Assembly (NCBI GenBank): GCA_013265495.1
Contig: MU058059.1
Coordinates: forward strand, 2,145,502 to 2,209,501
Source: Vicugna vicugna
Lineage: Eukaryota
Length of the DNA: 64,000 nt
Reading direction: 5' to 3'
Positions within the stretch are counted from its first letter, which is position 1. Each line of letters begins with the position of its first letter. This document shows positions 38,790-52,286 of the stretch, piece after piece. Below the pieces are notes generated by a model. That model was not told the DNA's origin, did not search any database, and worked only from the letters and a program-made list of their open reading frames with translations. The translations under genes and the position numbers were made by a program.

Positions 38790-38990
38790 ACCTGGGTTAT
38801 GTCCCATCTGCCTCCTGAATTTGTAACTAAAGTTTTACTGGAACACAGCCACGTTCATGTGTTTACAAGCTTCCTGAGGCTGCTTCTGTGCTAGTGTGTC
38901 AGAGGTAAGCTGTGGCAACAGAGACTGATGGCCCCAATACCTAAAATACATATTCCTCAGCCCTACCCAGAGAAGTTTGGCTGACCCCTG
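38790..38990. mobile_element. MER58A-like DNA transposon
   Basis: aagttttactggaacacagccac...agaagtttggctgacccctg. Confidence 0.75.
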
Positions 38991-39619
38991 ACTTAGAGCA
39001 AGACAGGACGGACCAGAGATGGAATACTCACGCAAGAGATTGAAGATCCACTGGGACTTTGTTGATGGTGGACTATGAATTTCAAAGGGACCTTTGGAAT
39101 GATCTGGGAGAACAGAGATGGTGGAGGATGAGGTCAGATGAGGCATATTCGGGACAATCTGGAGGCTTGGACTCCCAGTGGTGACTGATGCAGCCGGGAA
39201 GTGAGAGGTTTGATGGGCTGAACCCTAGGATGCTCCAGGTTGAGGTGCTGCACGTGGGTGGAGATGCTGATGCAGTCTGAGGAGCCGAAGACGTGGGAAG
39301 GCTGATGTGCCCTGGGCTGACGCACGGGAACCTGCGGAGGTGAAGATGAGCCCCTGGGGGGCTGGTCTCGCTGGCGTGTGGTCTGGGGGCAACTCCTTTA
39401 AATGTAGGCACCACCTAATTCCCGAAAGAGTTCCTGGAATACAGAGGAAGAAGAGAAATAGGTAAAGGCCGGCAGGCAACCAGACAAGCCATATAAATAA
39501 AAGTTAAAACAATGCCTCAGGGTTACCTACATTAGTTCTAGAAATTCATCCACCAGATAAAATATTAACATGCTTTTCACATTAAAAAGTCTCTGGATGA
39601 CGTTAGACCATCAAAGTAA

Positions 39620-40445
39620 GAAATCTTCCTATTAAATGTGCCAAGGCCTCTTCCGGGTCCTAAAAATCCACGATTCAAGAGCAGCAAGCCACACTGCACC
39701 GCACCCCTTACTCGTTCCGGGTTCAGCGTTCTCGGACGGCGCCGCGTCCTACCCGTGAGGCTGTGCGCGGGGTGGTCTCGCGACGACCCAGCGGCGTTTC
39801 CAGGTTGTCCCCACAGGAACAGCGGGTGGCGGGGTGCACGTCGGGCGCCAGGCGGACCCGGAGGGTTGGTGCAAGGAGCCGGTTCCGCCGTGAGGTAAGT
39901 GTGGTGCTGTGGCCCGCACGACCGGAAGGGCCGCCTCGGGACCCTCGCTGTCTCTGGAGTGCACGGCGGGCCTTCCCGCCGAGGGCGGTGGAGTGCGCGG
40001 GGCTGCGGAAGCGGCGGTGGCCTGGTGGTGGAGTCAGCTTGTTCACCCTGTTTTAGCTCGTCACCCTCGTTCCCTCCTCTGAGGTGACGGGTGGAGGCCG
40101 GCAGTTCGGCTTTTCCGGGAGGGGTCCCGGAGCGGCCGTGGGGCGGTGGCGCGGGTGTCTGGGGAGCTGTGGAGTCCCGCGACGTCCCCTCTCAGCCGAC
40201 GCCGGGCTGCGGGCGGGACGGGCGAGCTCCGGCGCCCAGGCCGCGGCCCCGGGGCTGGAAGGTGGCGAGAGACCAGGGCCTGAGGGGAGCGCGCCGCGCC
40301 ACCCGCCCTCCTGCCCCTGATGAGCGAGCAGGAGCGGCCTCGGTCTGTGCAGAAGTAGACGCGAGCTGCGCTTCAAGGACCTTTACCCTTTGAGTCGGAG
40401 AAGTGGGAGCGGATGGAACTTTCTAGAAGCCCCGCAGGATCGGGA
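39620..40445. promoter_or_regulatory. CpG island promoter
   Basis: Abrupt GC- and CpG-dense block in a CpG-depleted background; ETS-type CTTCCGG at about 39650; TCTCGCGA (BANP/ZBTB33-like) at 39776-39783; GC-rich boxes. Confidence 0.92.
39790..39894 (+). other. Non-coding first exon of an unidentified plus-strand gene (5' end approximate)
   Basis: Consensus donor GAG|GTAAGT at 39894/39895 inside the CpG island; no ATG upstream within the island. Confidence 0.75.
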
Positions 40446-41639
40446 GGTGTAGATGATGCCTCTCTGTCCCTTTCTGTCCACACCACCTTGTGAAAAAAGT
40501 TGAAAGTAGATTAAAATAACATTGTAATGTCAGCATTCTGCAACTTTGGCGTGTCATTTATTTATGGTGATAGTCTGTAGAAAGTAGAAATCTTATTATG
40601 CCTCACATTAGTTTTGTCTTAGTTCTTCTTGTTCTGGGTTTTCAGGACAAAATGATTTTTTTCCTTCTTTTTAAGTTTCCATTTGAGTTGATATATTAGG
40701 ATATTTACTTAACGAGAATTCAGTGCTCTTTTGCTTTCTTTTTACTGGTGGAGTAGCAGTAGAAAATTATGAGTATATTTTTATAAGTAATTATTTATTC
40801 AGAGTGTATATTAGATGAAGTTAGCAGGATTGAAAGAAGAACTCTCTCCACGATTTGTACAGGTACAGAATTCATAAAATTAAAAGTCCTTAATTGTAAA
40901 TATTCTTGTTTTAATGATTGTAAAGATGAGTACTCCAGACTTATTTTAAGTTATCTACAGTAGTATAATTGTCATATATGTCCTGCCTCTTCTTGTAGTC
41001 ATAAGTTAACTTTGATCCATGTTAAACCATTTGAATAGGCCAAAAGAAAATAAGCTCCTCTTCAGAAATACCAATCTGCAATTTAATGAGCAAGATCAAT
41101 ATTATCAACTGGATATTGACTTCCTTAAATAAAGCTGAAAGACTATAGGTCAGAAGACTTAGGTGGTCCCCCCTTTCTTTTATTCCCATGTATCCAATAA
41201 GTCACGAAGTCTTGATTCCCACCCCCTCCCCCACTTTTTTTTTCTTGTTTAGTCAGTATTTTATTCATGTGCTAGTATATATTTGAATTTCCAGGAGTGT
41301 AATTACTTAATACAAAAGCATGTTCAATACTGCTGAAATGTCCTTCATAGATGTATCTCCAACTTACCCTCTCCCTCAAAAGCATGAGAATCTGTTTCCC
41401 CGTGCTCCCTTCAGGGAATTAAGTTATTAAACTATTGTATATTTGATGATATGATTGGCGAAAAACGGTACCTCTCTGTAGTTTTACCTCTATTTCTCTT
41501 AACTTTAATGAAGTTAAGCACTTCTTCACATGCTTAATTGCCAATTGTATTTCATTTCTTATGAAATGTACATTCATATCTTTCATCCATTTTTTCTTTT
41601 GAAATGTTGGTCTTTTGTTATTGATTTATATTCTTTTTA

Positions 41640-42400
41640 TATATTTTTTATTGAAGTATAGCCAGTTTACAATGTTGTGTCAATTTCTGGTGTACAGTAC
41701 ATTGCTTCAGTCATACATGAACATACATATATTCATTTTCATATTCTTTTTCACCATAAGTGTCTGAGAGTCTATTTTACAAATAAGTTTGTTTGTCTTT
41801 TTTTTTAAATTCCACATGTAAGTGATATCATATGGTATTTTTCTTTCTCTTTCTGGCTTATTTCACTTAGAGTGATAATCTCCAGGTCCATCAATGTTGC
41901 TGCAAATGGCATTATTTTATTTTTTTTTATAGCTGAGTAGTATTTCATTGTATAAATATACCACAACTTCTTTATCCAATCATCTGTCGATGGACATTTA
42001 GGTTGTTTCCATATGTTGGCTATTGTAATTGGCTATTGAGTGCTGCTGTGAACATTGGGGTGCATGTATCTTTTTGAATTAAGGTTCCCTCTGGATATAT
42101 ACCCAGGAGTGGGCTTGCTGGATCATACAGTAAGTATTTTTACCACATCTTCTTTATCCACTCACCCACTGATGGACACTTAACATTATTTCCATATCTT
42201 AGCCATTGTGAATAATGCTGCAATGAACATAGAAGTACATATCTTTTTCAGTTAACGCTTTTGTTTTCTTCAGAAAAATACCCAGAGGTGGAATTGCTGG
42301 ATCATATGGTAGCTCTATTTTTAGTCTTTTGAGGAATCTCTATACTGTTTTCCATAACAGCTGCACCAAACTACATTCCCACCAACAGTGTAAGAGGCCC
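41640..42400 (-). mobile_element. Two abutting L1 3' fragments of different ages
   Basis: The same ORF2-end segment (taccaca.cttctttatcca...gatggaca) occurs at about 41959 and 42141; an older L1 piece lies at about 41280-41600. Confidence 0.8.
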
Positions 42401-44509
42401 TTTCTTAGAAAAAGAAAAACTTTCCTCTTTTTCTCCACCTCTGCCTTTTCTATTTTTGAGGATTAACTTTCACGTGAACAGTTCCAGGATTTTTTCTATT
42501 GGTCTTTAGTCCTTGTTTTCATTACCTCTGTTTCATCCTCTGGGTTGCCCTCTGATCCTTCTGGTGTTTGCTGCTCCTGGCTGAGTCACCGTCACCTGTA
42601 CTCATTAGCATGGCGTACAGAGCTTTTTGTACTTTTCTTCTGCTTGCCTCCCAGTCTCCTTTACCTTGCACATGCATTTTCCTCTCATTACAATGCTTTT
42701 TCTTTTGAATAGCAGGGAAAATTCTGTTCATCATTCAAAAGCAAGTACAGACCTCCACCGTGCTACAGAATTAACCACTAATTCCTCTGAAGTACACTTT
42801 TTTAGGTACTGTAATTCTTCTGTGGTTTGAGACTTTATGAAATCTCACATTTGTGTTTCCTACCATTTGTACAATTACTGAAATTAGAAATTATTTTACA
42901 CCTGGTAGAGATGCTGAGAGTAGCGTTTTTGTATGGAATTGATAGGAATAGCAATAGAGGTTGTTTGAGAACTTTAATAAGTTGGAGGAGCAGAAAAAGG
43001 AGAAATAAGTAATTATATACTTTCCTTCAAAGCCAGGAGGTTTGTGGTAGTATGGAGGTGACCTCAATTTAATGTGCTATATTACTCTTGTCATGAATTG
43101 CAAATGTTCTTTATTTTTTTACTTGAAATAAAAATATATCTTTGTAGCCTTTCCGCCAATAAAAAACGATTAGTGTTCTTCTAATCTACTGCCTACAGCC
43201 CTAAACAGTGATTAGAATGCTTCTTTAAAATTTACCTGGACTCGTGTCAAAACTCTTGCCAGGTAAATAAGTAACATATGGCCACTGGTGAGCCCTGGCA
43301 GGACTGCTCTCCCACTTTTAACGACATCTACCTGCCTCAGCCACAGGCAACCTCTCCCACCTTCCATCAGAATAATGAAGGGAAGACGTTTCTTCTCCCT
43401 TCTCTCTACCACCCTGCTAAGAAGATCCACCACGCTCTGCTGCTCCAAGTCCTCCTCTTTTCTGGCTTCCCAAGAGGATGTACAGTTTTGTTAAAGCCTC
43501 AGGGAAACTTAACCCAAATTCCCAATAGGTGACCGCCAATTCTAGAACATTCCACCACTGAATGACTGCATTTTAATACTTCCTTTTCATCAGAGTAGAA
43601 CAGCCCACTCTCTTCTCTTTTAGTCTAGGAGCTGCCCGCTAGATTTGCAGACTGTTAAATATTTCTCAGCTTTGTTGCCTTCAGCAAAGGTTTTCCCTTT
43701 AGAAACTTCCTTCTACCAAATGGCCACCCCTCCCAGGAAAAATAAAAACAAGACAGTCAAAGAGAGATTTAATAGTGATTCTGAGCATAGTTGGTCTGGT
43801 TTCATCCTAGAATCCCTGACATTCCACAGGGAAGAAACCTAATTTAAGGATGGAGAGTGAAGTAACTCTGATAGCCAGAAGTTCTGAGAGCCAGAAATGA
43901 CATCTAAAAATAATATTTGTCAATGTACCCAGAGGCTATTGCATGATGGGCACCCAGAGGAGCAGGGCCCCAGGCATCTGCCTCTGCCTCAGGCTGCTTA
44001 TGTTGATTTGCCGGAAATAGCAGCAGCAAGCTTGCACCTAAGGCTTCTGCCATCATCCCCCCAGCTACAAATGTAACTCTCAACCTGAGAATCAGACTGA
44101 TCCTCTTAGAAAGGATGTCTTCCATCCCCTTCGTGGGCAGGTCTGCATTTTGCTGCAGTCTGTTCCCTTTGGAGTTGATGAATTTCTATCATTCTCCTAG
44201 ATACTTTCTCTTGTGTTACTACAGTTACTTTACTTCCTCCTTGTGGTGTGCTTTCTCTACTTTTCTTACCTTGATGTATGCCTCTTTCTCTGAGGAACAG
44301 TTCCAATACAGGAGCTCTTGGGAAGACATCACAGAATGTTTGACATTCTTGGGAAAGGAAACAGTCCCATTGAAGTTCCTTGGTATATTCTGGAACCTAT
44401 GAGAAGTTGCTTGTGGCTGAGGCAATGGCTACATCAGTGCTTGGTCAGATTGTGAACCTTTGTCATAAGGACAGCGGTCAGCAAGGAAAGAGTCTTTGCC
44501 CATGACACA

Positions 44510-44990
44510 ACTAGTTCTGTGCTGTTAAACAATTAATCTCTGTGTTACAGAGATGTCAGCCAACATGGTGGCCCTCTCAAGCCTGGACTGGGGGAGGGTC
44601 CAGTTCATAACTCAAGTACTTGTTGGCAAGGCTCAGTTCCTGGCTGGCCATTGCTTGGACCTCTACCATGGTTCCTTGAGATTTTGCTCTGTGTTTCTCC
44701 ATGGGAAGCCTACTTCCTATGGGCATCTCCACAAAGCTGCCCACAATATGGCAACTGGCTTCAGCAGGGAGAGCAAATGAGAGAGCAAGAGAGGCAACCA
44801 AGATGGAAGCTGTAGTCTTCTGGGACCTACTCTCAGAAGAACATTCCTTGTCCCCTGTTTTCCCTATGTTGGTGTCTTCTGTTCATTACAAGGAAGTCAT
44901 TAGGTCCAGCCCAGACTCGAGGGAAAGGGATTACACAAGGACATGAATACCAAGAGGTGGAAATCATCAATACATGTGAGGAGAATCTGG
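44510..44990 (-). mobile_element. MaLR MLT1-type LTR
   Basis: gaagtcattaggtccagcccagactcgagggaaagggattacacaaggacatgaataccaagaggtg. Confidence 0.7.
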
Positions 44991-45923
44991 AGACAGTGGT
45001 ATCTAGAAACCAGGAGGAAGAGAGTTTCACAAAGCTGGAAGTCACACGTGACACAGAGACTTCAGCGCCCTCTGTCCATAGCCTCCCAGGAACCTGCTTG
45101 CAGTTGGACAAGCTGAGCATTGAACTGTCTTGAGAGGGAAGGCACACACCCTGGGGAGCCTTGGGGTGTCTCAGACGATGGAGTCAGAATCCTGCTATAG
45201 GATCTGGGCTTTGGTTGAGTGATTAGAAGGAGTCTATGGAATCAGGATCTTGCTGTGAACTGAGTACTGTTGAACACTGGGGCCCTTCGGTGACTGGATG
45301 TCTCAGGGACTCCTATCCACAGGGAAAGGGGGACTGGAAGGGGAGGAGTTGTAATTGATAAGGAAGACGCAGTCATTCATTTTGGTTAGAGGAGGGTGTT
45401 TGGTACTTTGTGGTGGCACAATGACCTTGCTTTTGTCTGTTCTTAGGCAAAATTATGAAGTGGCCTTGTTTTGGCTCATTTTACCAGGGTTTAAGGGTAA
45501 CTTTGGCTGAGGTGATTGTTCTGTGAGGCTGTTTCTCTCTCACAGAAGAACAGGAGCTGGCCACGAGCTGGCCAGCTTCAGAGTATCAGGGCTGTCCTTT
45601 CTTCCTGCTCAGTGGTCAGGTGAAAAGAGGCCATTGATACTGCAATTAAGATAAGCAGTGACTAAGAACATGACTCTGCAGCCAGACTGTCTGGATCCAA
45701 GTCCTGACTTCACCGTTTACAAGTAATGTGACCTGGGCCCGTTGGTCAACCTCCCTGGACTTTAGTTTTCCAAACTTAGAGTGGAAATTAAAAGAGGGAT
45801 CCTGACAGAAAAATCTGAAACTCATGCAAGTAGAGGAAGGGAATTGGTTTTTCCAAGGTCAGTACAGAGCATTGCTTCTCATAGAGTTAGAAATGCAAAA
45901 TCCCCAGCCCTCAAGGTGATTCT

Positions 45924-46090
45924 TTTTTTTTGTTGTTACAAGCTATGCTGAAGTATAATTGACATACAGTAAATTGCATCTATCTAAAATGTATTGTTTG
46001 GTAAGTTTTGACACATGCACACACTGTAAAACCACCACAGTCAACAACATAGTCATCACTCGTTGGTAATCCCTCCCCTGAACCCCACCA
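45924..46090 (-). mobile_element. Short L1 3' fragment inserted in a MER5-like element
   Basis: T-tail at 45923; flanking near-duplication caaggtgattct / caagtgattct; MER5 end tgagaaccactg at about 46118-46129. Confidence 0.6.
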
Positions 46091-47019
46091 ACCCCAAGTG
46101 ATTCTGATGCTAATGTGTGAGAACCACTGGGGTCTGGAGACAGATTCTGTCCTTGGGAGGACCTAAAGTCCTGGCCCCACAACATAATAATAAAGATGAA
46201 ATGCTGACAGTGAAGAAAGGAAGGAAATGGGAAATAAGTGGCAAGATCAGCATGTGGGAAAGGCAGCCTTAGGCTTGCAGAACAGGCTGAGTAAGATGTT
46301 CAGACTCAAGGCCACGAACAGAGCATGTGCTCATTTCTTTCACCAGGCGACAAGGGCAGGGAGCAGCAGGGACCCAGGGGCTTTTCAAAGGCTACCATCT
46401 CACACTTCTGCTAGGAAGATATTTCAACTTCAGGTCTCTGATCATGGCACATCCCTGCTCAAAATACCTTTAATGGGTTCCCTCTCCTTTAAGATGCAGC
46501 AAAAACAAATAGACAGACAGGAACAAGCAGCGTCAAAGCCTTCTTCTCAACCTGGCTTTCAAGACATCATGCAGTGCGGCCCCCACTACCCTTCCATTGC
46601 TTTCTTCCCCTCCTCCCACTCCAGTTAGCTTAGTCCCCTCCTGTGGGTTTGCTTCCTGTTCTGCCTAATTGCTCCTCCCTTTCCTCCCTTCAAAGAGCAC
46701 ATCCTCCACCACACATCCAACACTGTCCACTGAAACATGGCAGTTTTTGGAAGCTGCCTCTGATGGCACATCTGGGAATAACCTCTCTTTCTCTGAATGT
46801 TTTTTTTTGTTTGTTTGTTTGCTTAATCATATATGATGTCATTCTTGTTGAAAGTGGCAAATTGCTAAAGGAGAGTATTGTGTGCATCTCATCTTTGCAT
46901 CTTGGCACCTGACACATGGCCTGGAACATACACAGAATGTCTGCTGACATATGAATGGATGAACAAATGAATTTGCCTAAAATTCTTTGTCTTTCATTTA
47001 TATGACTGTGTCAGTGTTC

Positions 47020-47203
47020 CAGGGCTTCTCAGCGTTGGCACTTTTGGTATTTTCGTCCAGATAATTCCTTGGGCTGGGGGGCTGTCCTGTGCGTTGTTGG
47101 ATGTTTAGCAGCATCCTTGGCCTCTGCCCCCTAGATGCCAGTAGTATCCTCTTCCTAGTGTGACAACTGAAAAAGTTTTTCAGACATTGCCAAATATCCC
47201 CTG
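47020..47203. mobile_element. MER20
   Basis: gataattccttgggctgggggctgtcctgtgcgttgttggatgtttagcagcatcc...cagacattgccaaat. Confidence 0.85.
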
Positions 47204-47488
47204 TGCTCATGGTGGGGTGAGGGCTTTGACAGGGGGTGGGGTGAGATTAAATGTGTTTGAGACACTTCAACATTAACTCCCCAGGTTTCCTATTAAACAC
47301 TCATTAAGAAAAGGATAGTGATAATGATCTAATTCAGGTCAAGGAAACAAGACAAATGTTTAATGCTTGGAACCCTTCCTAAGTCCTAGGAAATTTCCTA
47401 TACTTTCCAAATGGCTTCCTCCCCACATCCCCCCATTCCCTCCCCATTCCCTGCTACTTAGTACTTTATTATAAGACTGTTTTTTCAG

Positions 47489-47558
47489 ATCCTGCTAACA
47501 TCAAAGGACAATATGTCATGAACCAGGGAGTGAAGCTTTAAGAATGAAAGGACTTCAA
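47489..47558 (+). other. Probable exon 2 of the plus-strand gene (5'UTR, possibly with start ATG AAA GGA CTT CAA at 47544)
   Basis: Acceptor gactgttttttcag|ATC; donor CAA|GTAAGT; 70 nt of non-repeat sequence. Confidence 0.65.
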
Positions 47559-50500
47559 GTAAGTTGGTATTTTGAATAGGGTGTCCATTGCATTCCCTGA
47601 ACTGAGCCAGGCAGGTACCTCTTACTTCATTTCCTTATCATGCCTGCTGTGTATGATCTATGACCATCTGTTCTCAGGAACTGAAGATGGTAAATCACTT
47701 CCCCACATTTGTTATGAGATAAAACGTTTACCGTTTTGCCTTCATGTGGACAAGTTCTTAAAGTGAGAAAATCAGGACTCATGATTCATGCTCCGTTTCC
47801 CTGAGCTCTCTAGATGTTTACAATCTGAAATATTTACCCCTCCATCTCTCTGAGATGCAGTCTCAATTTTAATATTTTCTTCCTTATTATAATATGATAT
47901 ATGGTATTCACTTTGCAAGGCTAGTTCAATGGACCTTTTGCTCAATGGGCTATTAAAATAGAAGAATGGCATGTTACCCTAAGCCTCTGTCCAATTGGGC
48001 TAGCCCTCAGCATCTCTCCTGTGGGTACCATTTGCTGCCCGCATCATTCTGCCCTCCCCTGCTATAGGCAGGTGGCTGCCTCTCTCCTTCATGGCTGCTG
48101 CTGCTTCCCACTTTTTCCCTTCTTTCTTCTCAATCTACCACACGCTGACATTTTCCTTTGATGCTTTTGTGCTTTATAGACCCTTTGTCTCTGTTCTTAT
48201 ACTCAGCTTCTGTCTGTGTTGTATGCTTCAACTTCAAATCACCAGGAACATAAGCTGTATACACCATTTCTCTCCTTAAGTCACAAAAGCAAAGGAAAAA
48301 AAATAAAAAGAAACTCATCTTTCTGCCTGAGTGAAGCCTTCTTCATGCAGTTAGTCAGTGGGTCTGTTGCTTAGTACCAGCTGGAGCAAACGCTGGACAT
48401 GATCATTCTTAATGAGGGAACTTCTGATGCAAGTGAAAAGCATATGCTTGCAGGAAATAGCCTGGAAAATATGGTAAGGTACCCACCAGTAGGAAAATCA
48501 AACTTAACACTGGTATTCACATGGTTTTGCTGTCTGAACAATACTTAGCTTTCCATAGAATACTAGAGTTTGTCCTGGAAACAATGACTTTATATTTATA
48601 TATTAATTTCAAATGTGTCTCACACTCATGGGAAACATCTTGGATTTTGGTCATTAGCAATCAGTGAGAAAGATTCAGCTAGCTGGAGTCAGAAGAGCAC
48701 TTCAGCAAGATTGCCTCTAGAAAGTCGACCCCAAGGATTCTGCCATTCTATTCAGGTCACCTATAGCCACCTGTTTCTTTCTCTCATTGTTATGAAGAGC
48801 ATTTCTGGCTGTAGATGACATAAACAGAAATGGATATATAACTGGAAAGGTGGACTTGAGTGTACCTATATTAGCTTAATAAATATTACACATCAGTTTG
48901 GGGAACAGTCAGTCATCCACTGTCCTTTAGAGAAGCCTTTAGCTCTCTCCTGCTGGTCCTCTGTTCTCTTTTGAATTCTTACTGACTTGCTCGTCCCCTA
49001 ATACCGTGTGTAGCCTGCAGAACCTAGAAGGAAAGATATTTCAGATTCTTACTTACAACTACCAGAGAAGTCTTTCAAAATAAACAAACATTTATTTATC
49101 TCTTCTAATCCTAGGGAAGGCTGAGAGCTTGACAGACAAGCAAGTTGGGAAAGGCAACTGTCCTTTGCCTAAGATTGAAAGATTATGGTAACTTTTGCAA
49201 AAATGAAATTGGAGACAGGAACTGATTGGAGAGCCAGAGGTAAAATCTGGAGACCTTGTGAATTCCTCCTGAGTGGGTATACAACATGGCCTCAGTAGAT
49301 CATTAGCTATGAATCCCGTGAATAACAAATATACCCCAATTCATATAGCAGTCCAAAATTTATTTTCCAAAGCCATATAGAAATAATCTTGAATATCCAT
49401 AACTATCAATTTTCAATAAAAATAAATACATTCTTTCTCATGCTTTTATTAATCAAGACATTTTGAAAAACCAGGCCAGTTTTTTTAAATTTATAATTTC
49501 ATAACATAATATAAAAGGAGTACATTTCTGTAAAAGATTCATCTTTATTGTGACATTGACATTTCTCTTCATGAAATGAGGCAAGATAATACCAATACTG
49601 TTTTAGCCTTTTTCCCTTATGAGCTCATATGAATTCGTAAAGATAAATGTCATAAACAGAGAGCAGCAATCGTACAGTATATAGTACAAGGGATTTCATT
49701 TTGACCTGGCAAGAGGTATTGCTTTGCAATATTTAAAAATTATAAAATTTTGGAGGTTTTTTAAATTTTAACTCTGTAGCTGACAGCGTTTTCTTTCTCT
49801 ATTCTCTCATAACTCTTCTCCTTTTTTGTTCTCTGGATTACCTTTTTGTGAGACTGCATCTCCATCAGGTGTTTATAAATCTATTTTCTATGTTTTTTCC
49901 CAATTTCCAGTCATAATGGACCCTGGAATTGTAACCTTTTGGAAAATAAGATTCACCAGTCCCTAATCTCAGGTAGTCTTCATGATATTCTGAAGTGAAA
50001 ATATAGAAAATTGTCAGATCTGGAAGTGAGAAGGGTACTATTCACAAGAGCTCAGTTTGAGCTCCTGTAAACTTCAGAATGCTTGCTAAGGACCTGAAGA
50101 AGCCCTCAACACAGAACATCCCTGACACGATCTTATATGTGCTGGAGTTGTGCAGAGTTATGACTTGATCATGTAAAGATAGGTCCTGTGTTTATGCAGA
50201 AAGCAGGTATCAGAACTAGACTGTGACTGGGACTTGAAATTACTAGAAAAAAATGTTTATCAGCAGCTTGAATACATCAAAGTATAAGCTTTGTGATGTT
50301 GACATAGTGTCAACAGAATCCCTGAATGGTGACGTAGCTATACTAATGGTTACACTGTTGAAAAAAATCTGATAGTAATGGACTAGGTTAAAAGGTGTTT
50401 ATGAAATATTATTATGGTTCACAAAGATTCTTGAAAATTTGCTGTTATGAATAAATAACCAACCAACATGGCTCTTGAGAGGACCCGGGAGTAACACTGA

Positions 50501-51819
50501 GCCACTGTTTATCTAGAAATACCCTCAGGAGCTGGGTAAAACATAAATGCTTCGAGGACAGTGAAGGTTCTGGACCAGAGAAAAGAGGCAATATTAAATT
50601 ACCCCTCCTCATTATGTGTTCCAGTGTTCTGTGATTCTACCTGGTATATAGAAAAAAGCTGACCCCTGAGTGCATCACAAGAAAATAGGGTGTGATCAAA
50701 GAATTTTTCTAAGGCAGTTAATGATTATGAACATAAAATGAAAACTGTTGGCTAGAAGAGGCTTTCAAAATCTTTTCAGTCTATCGAGAGGTTACAGAGG
50801 TAACAGCAAGGCTAACTAACATTTATTAAACCCTTACCATGAAAAGATAACCATTTAAAGTCTTTGCACATTTGCCTTTCTCAACTTGCTTGTCCTAAGG
50901 GCAAAGGAAGCAAATAAAGAAAACCTTTATTCAAGAAAATCTATGATAATCTAGTAAGGAAGATGAGAGTCTGGTATTTGAATCAAGACAATCATCTCTT
51001 CATCTCTCCCTGGTCAGCAAGGTGGAGACTCTACTCCTGTCTGCCACAGCCAAAAACACAGGACTCTCTCCCACAGCTTCAGTAGAAGGGCTTTCTTCTT
51101 GAGAGGAACAGGGCCTCAATATTTATTATGCTTTCCCCTGCTTTCCTGTTGCTGAGACTAGGTCCTGGTCAAGTGTGGTAGGGAGTGGGGGCTCCTTTCA
51201 TCTGCACAACTATGACTCATGGATGGAGGTTCTACCCTGGGCACAGCTCACTGAGAATACTGGCACTCTGATAACCCCGCCTCATCTCACGGTTCCATGT
51301 TAGGAGAAACAAGCCAAGAAAACCTCAGGCTGCTGCCCCTCCTGACACCTCCAGCCCACCGAGTACTCATATCCAAAGCATCTGTATCAGAAAGAAGATT
51401 CCCATTATCCTCATCCCTAACTCCAGAACCCTGGTTTAGAGATTTTGCCTAGAGGAAGAAGCAGGCTGTAAAACCCACAGCTCTCCATCTTTTTCCAAAT
51501 GTATTGACTTCATTTGCAACAAAACATGGATAAGTTTAAACATAAAGTGCTCTCAAGAACAGTGGAGATTGTGGTAAAAGGCAGTTGAGAGGAGATTCAA
51601 GAAACTAATGAAATTGTTACTCTCCAGGGCATTGTTGAGAACACCAGAGCAATATACCAGCAATTAGTAGAGTTAACAACTGGGTGTGGTCAGGGAAAGA
51701 TAAATAGAGCCCTGCCAAAACCAATGATATCCACATTTTATAAATTAAAATGTATACACATAGTAAACCCCTTGAGCAACGAATAAAATATTCCCCAAAG
51801 TACAGTGACAAAGTCATCA

Positions 51820-52251
51820 AAGAAATTAAAGTGCTGCACTAGAAAATATTGATTTATTATAAAAAGGAGCAATAGAAGAGGGATAGAGGAAGAAAAGACA
51901 TGAGACATAGCCACAAAAAATTAAATAAAGGTAGACATAAATCCAACTATATCGATAACATTAAATGTGAATGGATTAAAGATTTAAATCAAAAGGCAGA
52001 GATAGTCAGATTCGATTCAAAAAAACAAGATCAAACTATATGCTGTCTGTAGGAGACACACTTTAGCTTCAAAAATATGAATAGATTGAAGTAAAAGGAT
52101 GGAAAAAGTTATACATGCAAACAGCAATCACGAAAAATGAAATGGCTATATTGATAGCAAATAGAGTAATCTCTAAAACAAAAAAATGTTGCTCAAGATG
52201 AACATGGACATTTTACAATGATACATATCAATCAGGAAGACATATCAATTT

Positions 52252-52286
<35 letters not shown>

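Noticed and set aside
39638..40393. Overlapping Arg/Gly/Pro-rich ORFs
   Set aside because: Stop-poor CpG-island artefacts; the plus-strand ones start at GTG, not ATG.
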